64,000 nucleotides of DNA, taken from a virus. The notes under the pieces were generated by a model, which worked only from the letters and a program-made list of their open reading frames with translations, was not told the DNA's origin and ran no database searches. The first letter of the stretch is position 1. Each line of letters opens with the position of its first letter. This document shows positions 59,019 to 64,000 of the stretch, in pieces. A program made the position numbers and the translations under genes. The stretch lies in IMG/VR virus record IMGVR_UViG_3300027976_003475, one strand, 5' to 3'.

Positions 59019-59308
59019 GGGTTGGTTCCTTTCGAGGCTAGGGTGATGATGGCGGCTTCGACGCGGAGCGTACGGTCGGAAAGCTCCGCTAGGGTCTCGG
59101 CGGTGCGGGCATGAGCGGCGGCGGCTCGCGCGAGCACACTGCCCAACCGCTCGGCGGCGTCGCGGTCCTCCTTGCGGCGGTTGTCCTCCTCGATGCGATC
59201 CGCGCGTCGCATCCGCTCCGCCCGCTCAATAAACCACCTGAACCCCCCGACAATGCCGGTGATGCCACCGATTGGGCCTAGCACGGACACAAGCTCCACG
59301 ACCGTCAT
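59015..59308 (-). CDS. Holin-like protein
   Basis: N-terminal TM followed by a charged coiled coil; heads the lysis genes. Confidence 0.5.
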   Translation of the reverse strand: MTVVELVSVLGPIGGITGIVGGFRWFIERAERMRRADRIEEDNRRKEDRDAAERLGSVLARAAAAHARTAETLAELSDRTLRVEAAIITLASKGTNP

Positions 59309-59376
59309 GCGTGCAGTAGAACCGGGCGCGGGCGCGCCGTCAATCTCTGCGTGCGCCGGAGCGTTCACGGTGCGCC

Positions 59377-59742
59377 TCAGCTCCCGGTGGATCGCGTCGC
59401 GCAGCGCGAGCACCTGCACTCCGTCGACCACATCGCCTCCGCCCCGAACGCCGCGACGTACTCCCGCGCCGCCGTCGTCCCGTCGACGTCCCCATTCCCG
59501 ATGGGAGTGACTCGGTTCCCACTATCGGCCTTCCGATTTCCAATCATGGCGTGCAGCAGTCCAGAACCCTTGTGAATAATCAAGGAACCCAAGCCTGCAA
59601 GGACTGCCCAAGGCGCATAGTTTGGCGCCAAGAGAGCCGCGCCGATTGTGCCCGCGGTCGCTACAGTCAACTGCAAGGTAGCCCAGCCCGACTGCTTCGT
59701 CTGCTCCCGCGCCTCGATCGCCGCGAGGTCGGCGGGCGTCAC
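59377..59742 (-). CDS. Chimeric small membrane protein with a lower-GC core
   Basis: VTPADLAAIEAR start and TAAREYVAA end shared with the neighbour; foreign-looking two-TM middle. Confidence 0.55.
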   Translation of the reverse strand: MTPADLAAIEAREQTKQSGWATLQLTVATAGTIGAALLAPNYAPWAVLAGLGSLIIHKGSGLLHAMIGNRKADSGNRVTPIGNGDVDGTTAAREYVAAFGAEAMWSTECRCSRCATRSTGS

Positions 59743-60140
59743 GGCGCACCTCCGATCGCTGCGAGCAGCCGCACGCGGGCGGCCTCGCGGGCAGCAATGG
59801 CCCGGCCGGTCCGATCGATGTACCCGCGCACGTCGGGCTCGGATCGCCCGCACGTCGCGGACTCCGCGCCGTCGACCGCCGCGACGTACTCCCGCGCCGC
59901 CGTCTCCAGCGCGCCGAGGCGCAGGTAGAGATCCCGCTCCGTCTCCTCCATCGAGGCGTTCGCGCGGCCGAGGCACGCCGTCAGCCGCGCAACCTCGGCG
60001 GCCTGCGCGTGGCCGTGGGCGAGCAGCGTGTGCACGTCGTCGTCGGCGAACGTCTGCGCGCTGCCCACTGCCCCAGCGTCGCCGCGCTCGCGCGCAGCCT
60101 CCGCCCGCGCCACGATCGCCGCGAGGTCGTCGGGCGTCAC
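59739..60140 (-). CDS. Hypothetical protein (VTP-start family)
   Basis: GGAGGTGCGCC-GTG start; coiled coil. Confidence 0.65.
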   Translation of the reverse strand: MTPDDLAAIVARAEAARERGDAGAVGSAQTFADDDVHTLLAHGHAQAAEVARLTACLGRANASMEETERDLYLRLGALETAAREYVAAVDGAESATCGRSEPDVRGYIDRTGRAIAAREAARVRLLAAIGGAP

Positions 60141-60634
60141 GGCGCACCTCCGTCGGAGAGCAGGGCGTCGAGCGCGACGGTCGCGCGCGCTTCCGATGCC
60201 CAGGCAGCGGCCAGCGCCGCATCGCCGGGGAGCGTCCCCCCGGCGATCATCCCAAAGGTCGTGTCGACGATCGCGGCGGGTGCGATCGGGACAGCCGCGG
60301 CCTTTCGCGCATCACGCGCATCCCGCTCCGCACGCACCGCAGCCCGCAGCCCTGCGTGCCGCGCCTCCGCAACCTCGGCCTGCTGGCGCTCGCGAGCGAT
60401 CACATCGGTGAGGCGTCGCACCTCAGCGACGAGGGCGAGCACCTCGGGGCCTGCGCCTGCCCACAGCGCCGCGAGCTCGGCCGCGTCGTCGCAATCGACG
60501 TGCGCGAGCGTGTGGTCCGGGTGGTCCTCCGACGCGGTGACATACACGTCGCCATCGTCGTCAACACGCACGCCCATCGCGGCGCTGTATCCCTCCCACT
60601 TCGCCTCGATCGCCGCGAGCACGGCGGGCGTCAC
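60137..60634 (-). CDS. Hypothetical protein (VTP-start family; Ead/Ea22-like layout)
   Basis: VTPAVLAAIEAK..AELAALWAGAGPEVLALVAEVRRL. Confidence 0.65.
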   Translation of the reverse strand: MTPAVLAAIEAKWEGYSAAMGVRVDDDGDVYVTASEDHPDHTLAHVDCDDAAELAALWAGAGPEVLALVAEVRRLTDVIARERQQAEVAEARHAGLRAAVRAERDARDARKAAAVPIAPAAIVDTTFGMIAGGTLPGDAALAAAWASEARATVALDALLSDGGAP

Positions 60635-60909
60635 GCCGCACCTCGCACGCAACGGGGCTGCGCGTCGCGCCATTCGATGTACGCGATCATGGCGTGCCCG
60701 TAGGCGTAGCCGCACCATCCGTCCGCCGCCCACCACTCCCAGCCGTGCAGCTCTTCGCGCGCCCGCACGCACCGCCCGACGACGGTCGCCTGCGGCTCGC
60801 ACGCGATGTCCGCGGGGAGATCGACCGCGGGCGTCACGGCGCACCTCCGATCGCCGCGGCTGCGAGCGTCGCCGATGGGGTACGCATCTGGAAACGCGCG
60901 AGGCGTCAC
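60631..60909 (-). CDS. Small hypothetical protein (VTP start; internal boundary motif and alternative start at 60837)
   Basis: GTGA overlaps. Confidence 0.5.
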   Translation of the reverse strand: MTPRAFPDAYPIGDARSRGDRRCAVTPAVDLPADIACEPQATVVGRCVRAREELHGWEWWAADGWCGYAYGHAMIAYIEWRDAQPRCVRGAA

Positions 60910-61550
60910 AATGACACCTCGGCAAGTCCACGGAGGAGGTGCGGCCCAATGACGCGGCGGAGGGTTGCGCGTGACCGAGCGCGGGATGCTTGGGCGGCGG
61001 CGAGGGCGGCGGGGGCGGGGGCGGCGGCGGCGGCCGCGTCGGCGGCGGCGTCGGCGGCGTCGGTGGCGTAGAAGGCGGCGGCGTCGGACGCGGCGGCGGC
61101 GTCGGCGGCGGCGGCGGACGCGGCGGCGGACGCGGCGGCGGACGCGGCGGCGGCGGCGGACGCGGCGGCGTAGTCGGAGGCGGTGGCGTAGTCGTAGGCG
61201 GCGGCGGTGGCCGCGTCGGCGGAGGCGGCGGCGACCCGGACCTCCGCGGGTGTCACCTCCCCGTGGCACCTCCCCTCGGCGGCCTCGATCGCCGCGAGCG
61301 GCCGGGGCTCGTGCGCGGGGACGTAGACCAGCGCCGTGCGAGCAATCTCGCACACTGCCATCACGAGCGGATCGCGCGGCACAAGCCCGCGGACCATCAG
61401 GCGCGCGTACAGCCAGATCAACCAGCCGTGATCGGGGCACGCGCCCAGCGCCGTCGACCACACGCGCTCGTAAGCCGCGGCCCATGTGATCGACTCATCG
61501 CAGGCGCCGAGGGCGCGGAGGACATCGCCGAGGGCGCGGAGACCGCTCAC
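60906..61550 (-). CDS. Imm5-like, Ala-rich phage protein
   Basis: CEIARTAL..EPRPLAAIEAAEG followed by a poly-Ala tract. Confidence 0.6.
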   Translation of the reverse strand: MSGLRALGDVLRALGACDESITWAAAYERVWSTALGACPDHGWLIWLYARLMVRGLVPRDPLVMAVCEIARTALVYVPAHEPRPLAAIEAAEGRCHGEVTPAEVRVAAASADAATAAAYDYATASDYAAASAAAAASAAASAAASAAAADAAAASDAAAFYATDAADAAADAAAAAAPAPAALAAAQASRARSRATLRRVIGPHLLRGLAEVSL

Positions 61551-62290
61551 CGGCCCCCCCCGTCGAAGAACATCGCCGCGAGGGCTTCGAGGTCGGGCGC
61601 GGCCATCTCCATCTCGTGCCGCTGCGCGGGGGCCTCCCCCCCCCACGCGAGGAGCCGGGTCAACTTCGCCACCACCTCCCCGAAGGGCGCATCGCTGGTG
61701 AGCGAGGCGTACGCGGCGAAGTGGACAAGGTGCTCGATCTGCCCCCACCCGCGGATAAACGTCTCCGTCGTCGCCACGGTGCGGAGCGCGGGGGAGTACC
61801 CGAGGCCCCCCGGGTGGAACTCGCCGTCAAAGACGTGGAGCCATGACGCGGGCGCTGCGTCGCTCCACGTCAGCCGTCGGTCGACGCGGACGGGGGCGCG
61901 GAACCCGTCGGAGAACCGACGCACGCGGAAGTCGTAACGACCAAACGTGAGGTAGCGCACATCCATCGGGTCAGGCAGCGGGAGGAGCGGGCGGGCCGCG
62001 GCAAGGTGCCTCGCCAGGAGGGGGAAGAACTGCGTGCCATCCTCGCCCGAGCCGTGCTCCTGCTCCACCATTCGCAGGCCCTCGTCGCAGAGCGCCGCCG
62101 TCAGTAGCCACAGGGACTCCCTCTCCGGGTGGTCGAGGGAGCCATCGGGGCTCAGAACAGCAAACCGCACGTCGACCCGCGCCTCGCGGCGCGCGACGTA
62201 GAAACGGAGGGTGCCCTGGTCGACCATTGTGTCTTGCGGCGCGAGGGCGTTCCGCATGGCCTGGAGGTCGGGGCCGGTGTCGGTCTTCAC
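61547..62290 (-). CDS. Hypothetical protein
   Basis: GTGA overlaps. Confidence 0.6.
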   Translation of the reverse strand: MKTDTGPDLQAMRNALAPQDTMVDQGTLRFYVARREARVDVRFAVLSPDGSLDHPERESLWLLTAALCDEGLRMVEQEHGSGEDGTQFFPLLARHLAAARPLLPLPDPMDVRYLTFGRYDFRVRRFSDGFRAPVRVDRRLTWSDAAPASWLHVFDGEFHPGGLGYSPALRTVATTETFIRGWGQIEHLVHFAAYASLTSDAPFGEVVAKLTRLLAWGGEAPAQRHEMEMAAPDLEALAAMFFDGGGR

Positions 62291-62808
62291 GCGCCCCTCG
62301 GCAGTTTCGCCTTCATGACCTTCCGGTACGCGGTGAGCAGGTGATGCGCGAGGCGCTGCACCTCCGGCGGCACCTCGAGGGTCGAAATCGCCAGCGGGTT
62401 GTCGGCCGCGATGGAGCCCCCGAGGTAGTGCAGGAGCACCTCGACGGTGACCATCAGCGAGCCGGGCGCGCGGGGCGCGGCCTTCGCCATCGCGTCGGTC
62501 ATGCCTTCGGCCCATGCGTGGTCGTCCGAGCATTCGAGCTGCTCCTCTGGCACGGCCTCGATGCTCTCCAGCATTTTGAGGTTCGCATCGCGCACAATCG
62601 CGATCAGCGGCGGCAACTCCTGGCCCTCGGGCGCCACCAGCTCCGCCAGCGTTTCGGAGGCGTACACGGCGATGCAGAGCGCATCGCGAGGCGGCATTGA
62701 CAGCAGAATCAGCCGCGCGCATTGCAACGCGAAAAAGTGCCCCTCGGCGTCCTTCTGCGCTTCGGCTTGCTTCGTGGCGTCGGTCGGCTTCGTGTTTGTG
62801 GTGCTCAT
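62287..62808 (-). CDS. Hypothetical protein
   Basis: GAGGGG RBS. Confidence 0.65.
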   Translation of the reverse strand: MSTTNTKPTDATKQAEAQKDAEGHFFALQCARLILLSMPPRDALCIAVYASETLAELVAPEGQELPPLIAIVRDANLKMLESIEAVPEEQLECSDDHAWAEGMTDAMAKAAPRAPGSLMVTVEVLLHYLGGSIAADNPLAISTLEVPPEVQRLAHHLLTAYRKVMKAKLPRGA

Positions 62809-63101
62809 CGGCTACGTCCCCTCATCCCTTGTGCCCTACGAGAATGAAACAGCAGACGCTCCGCGAGTAGGGCCGCCGCGGCGGGCGTCAGGTCGAGGCG
62901 GGTCACGCCCTCCTCGACGTGTAGCGACAGGCTGACCCGCGACGTCTCATGCCCGACGACGACGCGGGCGCGCGCCTCGGGAAAGAGCGCCACGACGGGC
63001 GCCGGAGCGCGCGCGTCGCGCGACTCCATCACCAGCCGCGTCGGGAATGTCAGGATCGTCGCCACGGCATACAGTGTATAACGCTCGTGCCGCAGCGCCA
63101 A
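62805..63101 (-). CDS. Hypothetical protein
   Basis: Fills the operon gap; start uncertain. Confidence 0.4.
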   Translation of the reverse strand: MALRHERYTLYAVATILTFPTRLVMESRDARAPAPVVALFPEARARVVVGHETSRVSLSLHVEEGVTRLDLTPAAAALLAERLLFHSRRAQGMRGRSR

Positions 63102-63107
63102 GGAATA

Positions 63108-63326
63108 TCAGCGGTCGCGCTCCCATCCGTGGCGCAGCGCGCGCGCCTTCCACCGGGTCGCGTCGTTCTGCGCGCACCACCTTGCGTGGTCGCTCTCACA
63201 CAAGTCACCAGCGAGCGCGACGTTGCGCGCACACAGCCGCTTCCAACGGTGACCCGCGCGCCAGTGACCCGCGACAAAGCCCAACGCCAGCGAGGCCACC
63301 ATGCACACCAGCTCCGCGCCGCTCAT
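63108..63326 (-). CDS. Small membrane protein
   Basis: N-terminal TM; ATGA overlap. Confidence 0.5.
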   Translation of the reverse strand: MSGAELVCMVASLALGFVAGHWRAGHRWKRLCARNVALAGDLCESDHARWCAQNDATRWKARALRHGWERDR

Positions 63327-63727
63327 GGCGAGACCGAGCCCGAGGAGCCCACCAGCGCCGCCCACGCGGCGTCGGCGCCCTCCGCCAGCGCGCGGTCTTC
63401 GGCCGACGCCGCCCAGCGGTGACCACAGCCGGGGCAGAAGAGGAGCGGCGGCGGAAGCGTCCGCCCGTCGCGATCCACCGCGACGGCCACGCGCTCGTCG
63501 CACGCCGGGCACGCCGGGCATTCGGTGTAGTTCGTCTCAATCGGCGGGAGGGGCGACCGGGCCGCGGCCTGGACGGCAAACACCGACGTTGCCGCGATCG
63601 AAATACACCACTGAGCACGCGCGAGGCGATCCCGAAGGTGCTCCGCGTCCCTTTCGGTGGGCGCCGCGCGAAGCGCGCCCAGCGCCGTTTCCAGGGACTC
63701 GACGGCTTTCGTTAGCTCCGATCTCAT
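63323..63727 (-). CDS. Zn-ribbon hypothetical protein
   Basis: CPACPAC..FCPGCGHRW. Confidence 0.55.
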   Translation of the reverse strand: MRSELTKAVESLETALGALRAAPTERDAEHLRDRLARAQWCISIAATSVFAVQAAARSPLPPIETNYTECPACPACDERVAVAVDRDGRTLPPPLLFCPGCGHRWAASAEDRALAEGADAAWAALVGSSGSVSP

Positions 63728-63990
63728 TCCAGTGCTGCGAGCCCGGCGACAATCACCCGGCGCCACGCCGCAGGCAACCCCTCCCCGTCGCGCGCGATAT
63801 GACGCACCCGCGCGCGCAGCGTCGCATCCATCAGGATCGCGCCGTCGTGCAGGATCGCGCGCACCACCTCCGACCGCGACCCCAGCGCGCTATCCGCGTC
63901 GCGGTACTCCGCGCGCAGCGCCTCAACAGCGGCGTCTGTCTCGGGCGAAATGCGCGCCGACACGCGCGGGCGTCCTGTGTCGGCGCTCAT
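63724..63990 (-). CDS. RHH/CopG-like protein
   Basis: VSARISPETDAAVEAL..SRSEVVRAIL; AGGAG RBS. Confidence 0.55.
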   Translation of the reverse strand: MSADTGRPRVSARISPETDAAVEALRAEYRDADSALGSRSEVVRAILHDGAILMDATLRARVRHIARDGEGLPAAWRRVIVAGLAALE

Positions 63991-64000
63991 CGGTGCTCCT

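Noticed and set aside
45618-60915. CRISPR array candidates (heptamer array, 11-bp array, gene-boundary repeats)
   Set aside because: No unique 25-45 bp spacers between constant repeats; no cas genes
60960-61220. GCG/GGC-rich stretch as a special repeat element
   Set aside because: Simply encodes the poly-Ala tract common in Imm5-like phage proteins

Overview
Very GC-rich (roughly 70-75% by eye), gene-dense 64 kb window that reads as most of a temperate, probably episomal, virus genome rather than a chromosome segment. I found no rRNA, tRNA, CRISPR array, integrase, terminase, portal, HK97 capsid or tail gene. Modules: (i) early/replication genes: ParB-like protein, XRE and RHH-like regulators, a replication initiator carrying 11-bp iteron-like repeats with an adjacent DnaC/IstB-type loader, RadA/Sms, a DEDDh exonuclease and a sigma-70 region-4-like protein; (ii) a DNA modification/anti-restriction block: orphan N6-adenine MTase, DUF3560-MTase fusion, DpdA/TGT-like transglycosylase, an intact cysteine desulfurase and a frameshifted PAPS-reductase-like relic; (iii) a long minus-strand structural operon (about 25-42 kb) headed by a transglutaminase-like Cys-His-Asp protein, with many C-terminally membrane-anchored proteins, a putative beta-rich capsid protein and a GH73-like lytic enzyme; (iv) a lysis module and an array of small genes joined by a repeated boundary sequence. 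The inferred identity is a large tailless, membrane-containing jelly-roll virus (Varidnaviria-like) of a myxobacterial host. The strongest unexplained signal is a [K/R]-x-N motif, usually next to a basic tail, at the termini or domain junctions of about 15 unrelated proteins, together with a ~75-aa N-terminal domain shared by three otherwise unrelated proteins. This suggests an undescribed virion cargo-tagging/processing system. All family assignments come from motif recognition without database searches.
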